Under the pieces are notes generated by a model. That model had not been told where the DNA came from. It was given only the letters and a program-made list of their open reading frames with translations, and ran no database searches. A stretch of 64,000 nt of DNA from Pseudomonadota bacterium (GTDB lineage: Bacteria > Pseudomonadota > Alphaproteobacteria > GCA-2746255), in assembly GCA_040752895.1 (NCBI GenBank), contig JBFMHN010000005.1, positions 139,626 through 203,625 on the forward strand. The letters run 5' to 3'. A program made the position numbers and the translations under genes. The first letter of the stretch is position 1, and each line of letters begins with the position of its first letter. Shown here in pieces: positions 19,009 through 28,220 of this stretch.

Positions 19009-19554
19009 ATGTCCGGAAAGCGTGGATACGACGTCTTCTCGATCGGCAGCCTCGCGGGCGAGGCGCTGATCCTCAGGAAGGGAATCACGCGGCGCGACAT
19101 CCCGCGCGTGACCGAAGAGTACCGGAAGCGCGAAGGCGTGCGCGTCGGCACCGTGATCGGCGTGAATGAGGACGGCATCGTGGGCTCGGAGCGCGAGGGC
19201 TGGCATCCGGGCCTGCCGGATGCATTTGCCAAGCCCTTCATCATCATCCCCTGGGTGCAGGTTCTCGAGCTCCTGGGGCGCGTGCCCGAAGGGACGACGG
19301 GGAAGCTCCTCGACGCCGACGAAAGTCCTGCGACGAGGACCATCAGGGTGAGCGACGCCACGTACCGGGCCATCGCCGAAGAGGCGGTCCTGCCGTTCCG
19401 CTCGACGGCCACCCGGCAGCAGGATGGGAGCTGGCTGGTGCCCATCGCCGGCGATACGTGGGAGCGGCTCCAGCAGCACCGGCTGCCCGGCGAGACCGAC
19501 GACGACGTGGTGTTGCGCCTGATCAGCCAGTACCGCGGCCACAAGCCGAACTGA
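19009..19554 (+). CDS. hypothetical phage protein
   Basis: Internal ATG of ORF 18964-19554. Confidence 0.35.
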   Translation: MSGKRGYDVFSIGSLAGEALILRKGITRRDIPRVTEEYRKREGVRVGTVIGVNEDGIVGSEREGWHPGLPDAFAKPFIIIPWVQVLELLGRVPEGTTGKLLDADESPATRTIRVSDATYRAIAEEAVLPFRSTATRQQDGSWLVPIAGDTWERLQQHRLPGETDDDVVLRLISQYRGHKPN

Positions 19555-19560
19555 TCGGCG

Positions 19561-20181
19561 ATGCCGCAGCGACGCCGCCGGGACCAGCGTCCCGGCGGCA
19601 GTCGTTTGGGCGGGCCGTTCTTCCGGAGACTTCCATTGGGACTGTCGATCCGCGCCTATGCCAGGGCCCGTGGCGTGAGCCATGTGGCGGTGCTCAAGGC
19701 CGCCAAGGCCGGCCGCATTCCGATGGAGCCGGACGGCACCATCGATCCCGCCAAGGCCGATGCGGCTTGGGCGCGATCGACGGAGCCCGGGCGGTCGCGT
19801 GCCAAGCCGGAGAAGCTGAAGCCGGTCGCCGAAGCGGCGGTCGGGTCGGTGCGCGAGACGCTCAAGGAGCAGGGGCTGCCTGCGAGCGGCAGCGTCACCT
19901 TCGTGCAGGCGCGCACCGCCCATGAGATCGCCAAGGCGCATCTCGCGCGGCTCCGGCTGCAGGAACGCAAGGGCGAGCTCGTCGACCGGGCGCGGGCGAC
20001 GGGGCTCGTGTTCCGGCTCGCCCGCGAGGAGCGGGACGCCTGGGCGAACTGGCCGGCGCGGGTCGCGGCCCTGATGGCGGCCGAGCTCGGTGTCGAGGCG
20101 CATCCCATGCAGAAGCTTCTGGAGACGCATGTCCGTTCACACCTCGCCGAGCTCGCCGAGGTCCGGCCCGAGTTTCGCTAG
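19561..20181 (+). CDS. terminase small subunit (HTH-containing)
   Basis: HTH-like segment LSIRAYARARGVSHVAVLKAAKAGRI. Directly upstream of and overlapping the gpA-type large terminase gene. Confidence 0.5.
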   Translation: MPQRRRRDQRPGGSRLGGPFFRRLPLGLSIRAYARARGVSHVAVLKAAKAGRIPMEPDGTIDPAKADAAWARSTEPGRSRAKPEKLKPVAEAAVGSVRETLKEQGLPASGSVTFVQARTAHEIAKAHLARLRLQERKGELVDRARATGLVFRLAREERDAWANWPARVAALMAAELGVEAHPMQKLLETHVRSHLAELAEVRPEFR

Positions 20182-22180
20182 CGCGGCCCTGCGGTTCGGT
20201 GACCTGTTCGCCTTCGAGGGTGTGGAGGAGCTTTGGCAGTCGTGGCGCGACGGCCTCACGCCGGACCCGCTGCTCGACGTCTCTGAGTGGGCGGACCGCC
20301 ACCGCTTCCTGAGCCCGCGGGCGTCGGCGGAGCCGGGGCGCTATCGCACCGATCGCACGCCCTACATGCGCGCCATCGTCGATGCGCTGTCGCCGTCGCA
20401 TCCCGCGCGGCGTGTCGTCTTCATGAAGGCGGCGCAGGTGGGCGCGACCGAGGCCGGCAACAACTGGATCGGTTACGTCATCCATCATGCGCCGGGCCCG
20501 ATGCTCGCCGTCCAGCCGACGGTCGAGCTCGCCAAGCGCTTCTCGCGCCAGCGCATCGATCCGCTGATCGCCGAGAGCCCGTCCCTGCGCGAGCGGGTGA
20601 AGCCGGCGCGCTCGCGCGACGCCGGCAACACGGTGCTGTCGAAGGAGTTCCCGGCCGGGCTTCTGGTCATCACCGGCGCCAACTCGGCGGTCGGCCTGCG
20701 CTCGATGCCGGCGCGCTACCTCTTCCTCGACGAGGTCGATGCCTATCCGCCCTCGGCCGACGAGGAAGGCGACCCGGTCGCGCTCGCCGAGGCGCGCACG
20801 CGCACCTTCTCCTGGCGGAGCAAGGTATTCATGGCCTCGACTCCGACGATCCACGGGATCTCGCGCATCGAGCGGGAGTACGAGGCGTCCGACCAGCGCC
20901 GGTTCTTCGTGCCGTGCCCGCATTGCGGCCACCGCCAGTGGCTCAGGTTCGAGCGGCTCAAGTGGGACAAGGGCCGGCCGGAGACGGCGCACTATCTCTG
21001 CGAGGCCTGCGACGGCGCGATTCAAGAGCACCACAAGACGGCAATGCTGATCGCCGGCGAGTGGCGGCCGACGACCGAGGCCTCCGATTCGACGACGATC
21101 GGCTTTCATCTCTCGGCCCTCTACTCGCCGGTCGGCTGGCTGTCCTGGGAGGCGATCGCCCGCATGTGGGAGGCCGCCACCACCGACGAGGCCAGGCGCA
21201 GCTTCAAGAACGGTGTCCTCGGCGAGACCTGGATCGAGACCGGCGAGGCGCCGGACTGGCAGCGGCTCTACGAGCGGCGGGGGGATTGGCCGATCGGTAC
21301 CGTGCCTGGCGGCGGGCTGTTCCTGACCGCCGGCGCCGACGTCCAGAAGGACCGGATCGAAGTCTCGATATGGGCCTGGGGCCGCGGTCTCACCAGCTGG
21401 CTCGTCGATCACATCGTGATCGACGGCGGCCCGGAGCGCGCCGAAGCCTGGGCGGAGCTCTCCGCACTGCTCGACCGAACCTGGCCACACGCGTATGGGC
21501 AGCGGCTCGGCCTCGCCAAGCTCGGCATCGACACCGGCTACGAGGCGCCGGCGGTCTATGCCTGGGCGCGCCAGGCTGGCTTCGCCCAGGTCGCGCCGGT
21601 GAAGGGTGTCGAGGGATTCAACCGCGCCGCCCCCGTAGTCGGGCCGAGCTATGTCGACGTGACGGAAGGCGGCCGCAAGCTGCGCCGCGGCGCGCGGCTC
21701 TGGACCGTGGCGGTTGCCACCTTCAAAAGCGAGACCTACCGCTTCCTGCGGCTCGGCCGCCCGACGGAGGACGAGCTCGCCGAAGGAACGCAGTACCCCG
21801 CCGGCTACGTCCATCTGCCGAAGGGGGCGGAGGCCGAGTGGGTCAAGCAGCTCGTCGCCGAGCAGCTGGTGACCGTCAAGACCCGCCGCGGCTTCCAGCG
21901 CCTCGAATGGCAGAAGCTGCGCGAGCGCAACGAGGTGCTCGACTGCCGCGTCTACGCCCGCGCCGCTGCCTGGATCGCCGGCATCGACCGCTGGAGCGAG
22001 GGAACCTGGCGCGACCTCGAGGCCCAGGTCACGGCAAACGACGGCGAAAGCGGAACGATGCCGGAGGCGGATGATTCGTCTGCGGAGCCGGATTCCTCCG
22101 ACGCGCCCTCGGCGGGCCTCCTGCGGCGTGAGCGGCGGCCGCGCGGCCGGCGCGTGTTCACCCCGAGCTACTTGAGCTGA
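20129..22180 (+). CDS. terminase large subunit, lambda gpA family
   Basis: Conserved gpA-family stretches (SEWADRHRF, TPYMRAIVDAL, Walker-like VVFMKAAQVGATE, FLDEVDAYP, FVPCPHCGHRQWLRFERLKW zinc-binding segment). Start uncertain: the ORF frame opens at 20090 inside terS. Confidence 0.8.
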   Translation: MSVHTSPSSPRSGPSFASAALRFGDLFAFEGVEELWQSWRDGLTPDPLLDVSEWADRHRFLSPRASAEPGRYRTDRTPYMRAIVDALSPSHPARRVVFMKAAQVGATEAGNNWIGYVIHHAPGPMLAVQPTVELAKRFSRQRIDPLIAESPSLRERVKPARSRDAGNTVLSKEFPAGLLVITGANSAVGLRSMPARYLFLDEVDAYPPSADEEGDPVALAEARTRTFSWRSKVFMASTPTIHGISRIEREYEASDQRRFFVPCPHCGHRQWLRFERLKWDKGRPETAHYLCEACDGAIQEHHKTAMLIAGEWRPTTEASDSTTIGFHLSALYSPVGWLSWEAIARMWEAATTDEARRSFKNGVLGETWIETGEAPDWQRLYERRGDWPIGTVPGGGLFLTAGADVQKDRIEVSIWAWGRGLTSWLVDHIVIDGGPERAEAWAELSALLDRTWPHAYGQRLGLAKLGIDTGYEAPAVYAWARQAGFAQVAPVKGVEGFNRAAPVVGPSYVDVTEGGRKLRRGARLWTVAVATFKSETYRFLRLGRPTEDELAEGTQYPAGYVHLPKGAEAEWVKQLVAEQLVTVKTRRGFQRLEWQKLRERNEVLDCRVYARAAAWIAGIDRWSEGTWRDLEAQVTANDGESGTMPEADDSSAEPDSSDAPSAGLLRRERRPRGRRVFTPSYLS

Positions 22181-22191
22181 ACCCGAGACCC

Positions 22192-22404
22192 ATGACGCTC
22201 GAAGAGATGATCGCGCGGCGCGATGCTCTGCTCGCCGCCCGCTTCCGCGGCGTGCGCACCGTCGAGATCGAAGGCCGGCGCATCACCTACGCGACCGACG
22301 CCGAGATGGCCGCCGCGCTCGCCGACCTCGAGCGGCGCATCGCCGAGACCAAGGCGGGCGCCCGGCGCCGGATCGTCCGCACGGCAGCGAGCAAAGGGCT
22401 GTGA
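22192..22404 (+). CDS. gpW-like head-tail joining protein
   Basis: 70 aa, located between the gpA-type terminase and the lambda-type portal as in lambda. Confidence 0.5.
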   Translation: MTLEEMIARRDALLAARFRGVRTVEIEGRRITYATDAEMAAALADLERRIAETKAGARRRIVRTAASKGL

Positions 22405-23870
22405 ACGGCATGCTCGGCATGATGCGGCGCTGGCGCCGGCAGGTCGGCGCCTTCATCGGCGGCTTTGAGGCGGGCGAGGCGAGCCGGCGGCTCCGGCACT
22501 TCCAGCCGAGCCGGGCGCATCTCAACACGCTGATCGCCGCGGCCGGCGCCGACATCACCGCACGCGCCCGCTGGCTCGTGCGCAACAACGGCTATGCGGC
22601 GAATGCGATCGAAAGCTGGGCCGGCAATGTCGTCGGCGATGGGATCAAGCCGTCGTCGCTGATCGCCGATGCCGATCTCAAGGCGCGCGTCCAGCGGCTC
22701 TGGCTCGACTGGACCGACGACAGCGACGCCGAAGGCTTCACCGATTTCTACGGCCAGCAGCGCCGCGCCGCGCGCGAGGTGTTCATCGCCGGCGAGGTGT
22801 TCCTCCGTTTCCGGCCACGCCAGCCTGGGGACGGGCTCGTCGTGCCGCTGCAGCTGCAGATGATCCCGTCCGAGATGCTCCCGCTCACGCGCAACGAGCA
22901 GATCGCGGGCGGCAATGTCATCCGCCAGGGCATTGAGTTCGACCGCATCGGCAGGCGCGTCGCCTACCACTTCCTGCGCCGCCATCCCGGCGACGTGACC
23001 GATCCGGGCCTCTCCGGCGAGACGGTGCGGGTGCCAGCCTCCGAGGTGATCCACGTCATCGATCCGGTGGATGCGGGGCAGCTACGGGGCGTCTCGCGCT
23101 TCGCGCCGGGGATCGTCAAGCTGTTCCTCCTCGACCAGTACGACGACGCCGAGCTCGACCGGAAGAAGGTCGCGGCGATGCACGCGCTCTTCATCACCAC
23201 GCCAGCGCCCGCCGAGCCGTTCGACGTCGCCGAGAGCGACGAGACGGGCGAGCGCACCATGGACCTGCAGCCCGGCCAGATCGTGATGCTGGAGCCGGGC
23301 GAGGAGGTCCAGACATCGGCGCCGGCCGACGTCGGCCAGACCTACGAGCCGTTCCAGTACCGCACGCTTCTGCAGGTCTCGGCGGCGCTCGGCGTCCCCT
23401 ACGCGTACCTCTCGAACGACATGCTGAAGGCCAACTACTCGAACTCGCGGCTCGCGCTCCTGGAGTTCCGCCGCCGGGTCGAGGCCTACCAGCATGCCGT
23501 CATGGTCTGGCAGATCTGCCGGCGCGTGTGGGCACGCTGGATGGATACGGCCGTCATGGCGGGCGCCCTCGACCTCCCTGGCTACGAGGCGCGCCGCCGC
23601 GACTACATCGCCTGCTCGTGGCTGCCGCCGAAGTGGGACTGGGTCGATCCGCTGAAGGATGCCCGCGCCGAGATCGAGCAGATCGAGGCGGGGCTCAAGA
23701 GCCGCACCCAGGCGCTCGCGGAGCGCGGCTACGACGCCGACCAAGTCGACGCTGAGATCGCCGCCGATCGCGAGCGGGAGCGAAGCCTCGGACTCTCTTT
23801 CGCCGGCGCGCGGTCCGATTCGGTCCCTGCTGATCTGGAACAGCCGGCATCCGCACCGGCGCCCGACTGA
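22401..23870 (+). CDS. portal protein, lambda gpB family
   Basis: Size (489 aa), position after gpW and lambda-portal-like N-terminus (ARARWLVRNNGYAANAIESWAGNVVGDGIKP). Confidence 0.7.
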   Translation: MNGMLGMMRRWRRQVGAFIGGFEAGEASRRLRHFQPSRAHLNTLIAAAGADITARARWLVRNNGYAANAIESWAGNVVGDGIKPSSLIADADLKARVQRLWLDWTDDSDAEGFTDFYGQQRRAAREVFIAGEVFLRFRPRQPGDGLVVPLQLQMIPSEMLPLTRNEQIAGGNVIRQGIEFDRIGRRVAYHFLRRHPGDVTDPGLSGETVRVPASEVIHVIDPVDAGQLRGVSRFAPGIVKLFLLDQYDDAELDRKKVAAMHALFITTPAPAEPFDVAESDETGERTMDLQPGQIVMLEPGEEVQTSAPADVGQTYEPFQYRTLLQVSAALGVPYAYLSNDMLKANYSNSRLALLEFRRRVEAYQHAVMVWQICRRVWARWMDTAVMAGALDLPGYEARRRDYIACSWLPPKWDWVDPLKDARAEIEQIEAGLKSRTQALAERGYDADQVDAEIAADRERERSLGLSFAGARSDSVPADLEQPASAPAPD

Positions 23871-23877
23871 GGACTCC

Positions 23878-25257
23878 ATGAGGTCACATCATCCTGCGCT
23901 GACCCGGCTCTCGGGCCGGCCGCTGGCGATCGCGCCGCGCGCGCTCGACGGGCTGCTCGCCGCCGATCTTCCCATCGATGCGCGCTCCGCGATCATGCCG
24001 GTCCTCCGCGACGCCGATCCGGCGCGCGGCTTCACGGTGACCGACAGCGGCATCGCCGTGGTGCCGGTGCTCGGGCCGCTGGTGAGCCGGGGCGACTGGC
24101 TGACGGCCCTCTTCGGCGCCAGCGACTATGGTGCGATCGGCAGCGCCGTCGCGGCGGCATTCGCGGAGCCCTCGGCCCGCGCCGTGCTGCTCGAGCTGGA
24201 CTCGCCCGGCGGCGAGGTCGGTGGCCTCTTCGATCTGGTCGACCGTCTCGTGTCCTTGCGCGACGAGGCGGACAAGCCGCTCTGGGCGGTGGCGCACGAG
24301 AGCGCGCTGTCGGCTGGCTTCGCCATCGCGAGTGCTGCGGACCGCCTCTACGTCAGCCGCACCGCCGAGGTCGGCTCGGTCGGCGTCGTCGCCATTCATG
24401 TCGACGAGAGCGCCGCCGACGCGATGGCCGGCCTCAAGTGGACGCTCATCCACGCAGGCAGAAAGAAGGTCGACGGCAATCCCCACGAGCCGCTCCCGCC
24501 TGAGGCCTTCACCGACATCCAGGCCGATGTCGACGCGCTCCATGGCGAGCTCGTCGCGCTCATTGCGCGCAATCGCGGCATGAGCCCGGACGCGGTCCGC
24601 GCAACAGAGGCCGCCATCTATCGCGGCCAGCGCGCAATCGACATCGGCTTCGCCGACCGCCTGGGTAGCGTCGACCAGGCACTCGCCGACCTCGTCGCAA
24701 CGCTCGATCGGCCGGCGCGAAGCCAGTCCCCGGGTCGGAGTTCGGGGACCGCCGCCGCGCAAGGCCGCGTAACGCCGCACACCTCCGCCGCTCAACCTTC
24801 AAGGAGAAAGCCTGACATGACCACCGAAACCGAAGCGCAAGCGCCCACCGAGGATGTCGCCAACATCGAAACGGGAGCGCCCGACAACAACGACCACGCC
24901 GAAGCCGAAGCGGGCATCGGCCAGGCGCCGGATCCGGCCCCGGCGGCTCCCGTCTCCGCACCGGCTTCCCCCGAAGCGCCGGCCAACGATGCAGCGCAGC
25001 GCCTCCGGTCCGAGTATGCCGAGATCGCCGCCATCGCGGCGCAGGCGGGCCGGCTTGGGCTGACCATCGATGCGGCGGACGCCATGGAGAAGGGGATCAG
25101 GCCTGAGGCCCTGCGCCGCTCGGTGCTCGATGCCCTCAGCCAGCGTGCCGAAGCGAGCGCCGTGGTCGCCGCGGCGCCGCAGGCACCCACGGCTGGTGAC
25201 AGCCCCATCGTCCGCCGCGCCCGTGAGCGCGCGGCGACCGCAAACCGCAACGCATGA
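23878..25257 (+). CDS. S49 family prohead protease (gpC-like) with C-terminal Ala/Pro/Glu-rich scaffold-like region
   Basis: S49/SppA-like motifs (AVAHESALSAGFAIASAADRLYVSRTAEVGSVGVV). Starts 8 nt after the portal gene. Confidence 0.7.
   Translation: MRSHHPALTRLSGRPLAIAPRALDGLLAADLPIDARSAIMPVLRDADPARGFTVTDSGIAVVPVLGPLVSRGDWLTALFGASDYGAIGSAVAAAFAEPSARAVLLELDSPGGEVGGLFDLVDRLVSLRDEADKPLWAVAHESALSAGFAIASAADRLYVSRTAEVGSVGVVAIHVDESAADAMAGLKWTLIHAGRKKVDGNPHEPLPPEAFTDIQADVDALHGELVALIARNRGMSPDAVRATEAAIYRGQRAIDIGFADRLGSVDQALADLVATLDRPARSQSPGRSSGTAAAQGRVTPHTSAAQPSRRKPDMTTETEAQAPTEDVANIETGAPDNNDHAEAEAGIGQAPDPAPAAPVSAPASPEAPANDAAQRLRSEYAEIAAIAAQAGRLGLTIDAADAMEKGIRPEALRRSVLDALSQRAEASAVVAAAPQAPTAGDSPIVRRARERAATANRNA
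24817..25257 (+). CDS. nested in-frame scaffold protein (Nu3-like) translated from an internal start of the protease gene
   Basis: Strong SD AAGGAGA 8 nt upstream of an in-frame internal ATG (MTTETEAQAP...). The downstream region is a low-complexity, acidic, Ala/Pro-rich sequence typical of scaffold proteins. Confidence 0.5.
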   Translation: MTTETEAQAPTEDVANIETGAPDNNDHAEAEAGIGQAPDPAPAAPVSAPASPEAPANDAAQRLRSEYAEIAAIAAQAGRLGLTIDAADAMEKGIRPEALRRSVLDALSQRAEASAVVAAAPQAPTAGDSPIVRRARERAATANRNA

Positions 25258-25268
25258 GGAGGTGACCC

Positions 25269-25658
25269 ATGCCTGTGCTGACCATGCCGCCCACGCTGGG
25301 CGATCTTCTCAAGTACGAGCTGAACGGCAGCTACTGCCGCGAGACCGTGACGCTCAAGGCGGGTACGAGCTATGCGCTTGGTTCCGTGCTCGGCAAGATC
25401 ACGGCCTCGGGCAAGTACCGCCTCTCGCCCGCGGCCCTCGTTCTCGGCGACGAGGGCGCGGAGGTTGCTGCCGCCGTCCTGCTCGAAGCGGTCGATGCCA
25501 CCGCCGGTGACAGGACCGGTCTCGTTGTCGCCCGCGGACCAGCGATCGTCTCCAAGGCCGCACTCGTCTTCGACGCCTCCGTCGATCAGGAGGCGGAGAA
25601 GGCCGCCAAGCACGCCGAGCTCAGCGCCGCTGGCATCGTGCCGCGCGACACCGCCTGA
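25269..25658 (+). CDS. head decoration protein (gpD-like)
   Basis: 129 aa, between protease and major capsid as in lambda. Confidence 0.55.
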   Translation: MPVLTMPPTLGDLLKYELNGSYCRETVTLKAGTSYALGSVLGKITASGKYRLSPAALVLGDEGAEVAAAVLLEAVDATAGDRTGLVVARGPAIVSKAALVFDASVDQEAEKAAKHAELSAAGIVPRDTA

Positions 25659-25751
25659 TCCACGCCCGTCAGATCCGATCCGTCACCGGCTCCGAGGCCT
25701 CCACTTCGGGGCCTTTTTCATGCCAGTTCCAGCCCAAGGAGACCCGACCCC

Positions 25752-26774
25752 ATGGTCGCCATGATCAACCCGTTCGATGCGGGCGGCTACTCGCTCGCCG
25801 AGATGACCCAGGCCATCAACATCCTGCCCAATGTCTACACCCGCCTCGGGCAGATGGGCCTGTTCCGCTTCGAGGGCGTGACCCAGCGCTCCGTTGTCAT
25901 CGAGCAGGCGGAAGGAGTCTTGAACCTCCTGCCGACCGTACCTCTCGGCGGTCCCGCCACCGTCGCCAATCGCGACACGCGCTCGATGCGCTCCTTCACG
26001 GTGCCGTGGATCCCGCACGACGACGTGATCACACCCCAGGACATCCAGGGCGTGCGCGGCTTCGGCGTCGCCGACGCCGCCGATCCGCTCGCCACCGTCA
26101 TGGAGCGCAAGCTCACCCGCATGCGGGTGAAGCACGCGCAGACGCGGGAGTACATGGAGGTCAATGCGCTTCGCGGCATCGTCAAGGACGGCGCCGGCAC
26201 CACGCTCTACAACTACCTGACCGAGTTCGGCCTGGCGCAGCAGGAGACCGACTTCGTGCTCGGCACCGCCGGCACCCAGGTCCAGGGCAAGGTGCGCGAC
26301 GTGCTGCGCAAGGTCGAGACCGAGCTCAAGGGCGAGACCATGACCGGCGTGCTGGCACTCGTCTCTCCTGAGTTCTTCGACAAGCTGATCGGTCACGCCA
26401 AGGTCGAGGACGCTTACAAGTACTACTCCTCGACCGGTGCCCAGCCGCTGCGCGAGGACACGCGCCGACGCTTCCCCTTCGCCGGCATCGTCTTCGAGGA
26501 GTACAGCGCCACCGTCACGCTTTCGACCGGCGCCACTGAGACGCTGATCCCGGCCGGCGAGGGAATCGCCTTCCCGCTCGGCACCCTCGACACCTTCGTC
26601 ACCTACGGCGCGCCGGCGAACCTGATCGAGACGGTCAACACGGTCGGCCTGCCGATCTACGCGCGCCAGATCGCGCGACCGGACGGCAGCGCCATCGAGG
26701 TCAAGACCGAGGCTTCGATCCTGCCGGTCAACAAGCGTCCGCGGCTCGCGGTGCGCATCTTCTCCAGCAACTGA
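25752..26774 (+). CDS. major capsid protein, lambda gpE family
   Basis: 340 aa. Its position after the decoration gene, the lambda-type terminase/portal/protease context and an N-terminus typical of the gpE family. Confidence 0.75.
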   Translation: MVAMINPFDAGGYSLAEMTQAINILPNVYTRLGQMGLFRFEGVTQRSVVIEQAEGVLNLLPTVPLGGPATVANRDTRSMRSFTVPWIPHDDVITPQDIQGVRGFGVADAADPLATVMERKLTRMRVKHAQTREYMEVNALRGIVKDGAGTTLYNYLTEFGLAQQETDFVLGTAGTQVQGKVRDVLRKVETELKGETMTGVLALVSPEFFDKLIGHAKVEDAYKYYSSTGAQPLREDTRRRFPFAGIVFEEYSATVTLSTGATETLIPAGEGIAFPLGTLDTFVTYGAPANLIETVNTVGLPIYARQIARPDGSAIEVKTEASILPVNKRPRLAVRIFSSN

Positions 26775-26792
26775 TCCCTCGGCAGGCTCGGA

Positions 26793-27110
26793 ATGAGCGT
26801 GTTTGCTGAGGCGATCGACGATCTCTTCGCCGATCCGAATCTCGCTCGGGACGCCCTGTGGCGTGCGGGCGGCACGGGCGTGGCTGTCCCGGTGCGGATC
26901 GTCCTGCGCCAGCCGGACCGCATTGGGAGCTTCGGCGAGACGCGCCTGCTCGCCGCGACCACCGTGGTCGAGGTGCGGACGGCAGAGGTGACGATGCTTG
27001 TGGAAGGCGACGCCTTCGAGATCGACGGCGAGACCTTCGTGGTCCAAGGCGAGCCCGTGCGTGACAGCGAGCGTCTCGTCTGGACGGCGGAGCTGCGGAA
27101 AGTGTCATGA
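26793..27110 (+). CDS. head-tail connector / head completion protein
   Basis: 105 aa ORF immediately after the capsid gene. Confidence 0.4.
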   Translation: MSVFAEAIDDLFADPNLARDALWRAGGTGVAVPVRIVLRQPDRIGSFGETRLLAATTVVEVRTAEVTMLVEGDAFEIDGETFVVQGEPVRDSERLVWTAELRKVS

Positions 27111-27766
27111 GGCTCGCGGCTGCACTGACCGGCGACCTGCGCCGAATGATGGCCGAGGAGTTCAAGGCCGCCGAGGGCGCCGTCACGGCCGGTGTTCGCG
27201 AGGCCGCCGACGGGCTCAAGGCGGAGCTGCGCCGGCAGATCACGGGTGCGGGCCTCGGCGAACGGCTCGCCCGGACTTGGCGCGGGGAGGCCTACCCCAA
27301 GGGACAGCAGAGCATCGCCGCCGCCGGCTTCGTCTGGTCGAAGGCGCCCGGCATCGTCCGCGTCTATGAGGACGGGGCCGTCATCCGCTCGACCCGCGGG
27401 CTCTTTCTGGCGATCCCCACCGACGCCGCCGGCCGCTACGGCGACGGCGGGGCCAAGATCACGCCCGGCGGCTGGGAGCGGCGGACGGGGCAGCGCCTTC
27501 GCTTCGTCTATCGCCGCGGCGCGCCCTCGCTGCTGGTCGCCGAAAACCTAAGGGCGCGGCGGGGCAAGCGGGGCGGCTTCGCGCAGGCGAGCGCAGCGGC
27601 GCTGCGGACGGGACGCGGCCTCGTCACGGTGCCGATCTTCATCCTCGTGCCTCAGGTCACCTTCAAGAAGCGCCTCGACGTCGCGGGCGCGGCGGCCCGC
27701 TGGCAGGCGCGCCTGCCCGAGCTGGTGCTGCGCCACTGGCGCGCGGTCTCGCAGGAGGACGGCTGA
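27107..27766 (+). CDS. conserved prophage virion/neck protein (uncharacterized)
   Basis: Overlapping start/stop chain in the structural module. Confidence 0.35.
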   Translation: MRLAAALTGDLRRMMAEEFKAAEGAVTAGVREAADGLKAELRRQITGAGLGERLARTWRGEAYPKGQQSIAAAGFVWSKAPGIVRVYEDGAVIRSTRGLFLAIPTDAAGRYGDGGAKITPGGWERRTGQRLRFVYRRGAPSLLVAENLRARRGKRGGFAQASAAALRTGRGLVTVPIFILVPQVTFKKRLDVAGAAARWQARLPELVLRHWRAVSQEDG

Positions 27767-28197
27767 TGTCGAAGCGCGAATCTGTCCTTGCGGCGCTTGA
27801 CCTAACGCTGCGCACGGGTCTCTCGGCGGCGGTCCGCCGCAACGAGGTCCTGCCCGAGAGGGTGCCGGCGGAGGGGCTCGTCATCCTGCGCGATGGCGAT
27901 CCCGGCGAGCCGGACGTGACGCTCAATCCGCGCGCGGAGTTCTACAGCCACCGGGTCGAAATCGAGGCCTATGTGACGCGTGACGCCGATGGTGGCGGCG
28001 AGGTGGCGCTCGATGCGCTGCTCGGTGATATCGGTGCCGCGCTCAAGGCCGATCCCAGCTTAGGCGGCCTCGCCGAGAACCTGATTCCATCCGCGCCCGA
28101 GATCGGCGCACTCGCCATCGAGGGCGGCGCTCCTGTCCTCAACGCCCGCCTCGTCGTCACGGTCGAGTACCTGGTGAGCGATCCGCTCATCAGCTGA
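27766..28197 (+). CDS. tail completion / neck protein
   Basis: 143 aa, just upstream of the major tail protein gene. Confidence 0.35.
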   Translation: MSKRESVLAALDLTLRTGLSAAVRRNEVLPERVPAEGLVILRDGDPGEPDVTLNPRAEFYSHRVEIEAYVTRDADGGGEVALDALLGDIGAALKADPSLGGLAENLIPSAPEIGALAIEGGAPVLNARLVVTVEYLVSDPLIS

Positions 28198-28220
28198 CCC
28201 CACAAGCCAAGGAGTTCCTC

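Noticed and set aside
19895-21814. 639 aa minus-strand ORF
   Set aside because: Antisense to the terminase large subunit gene.
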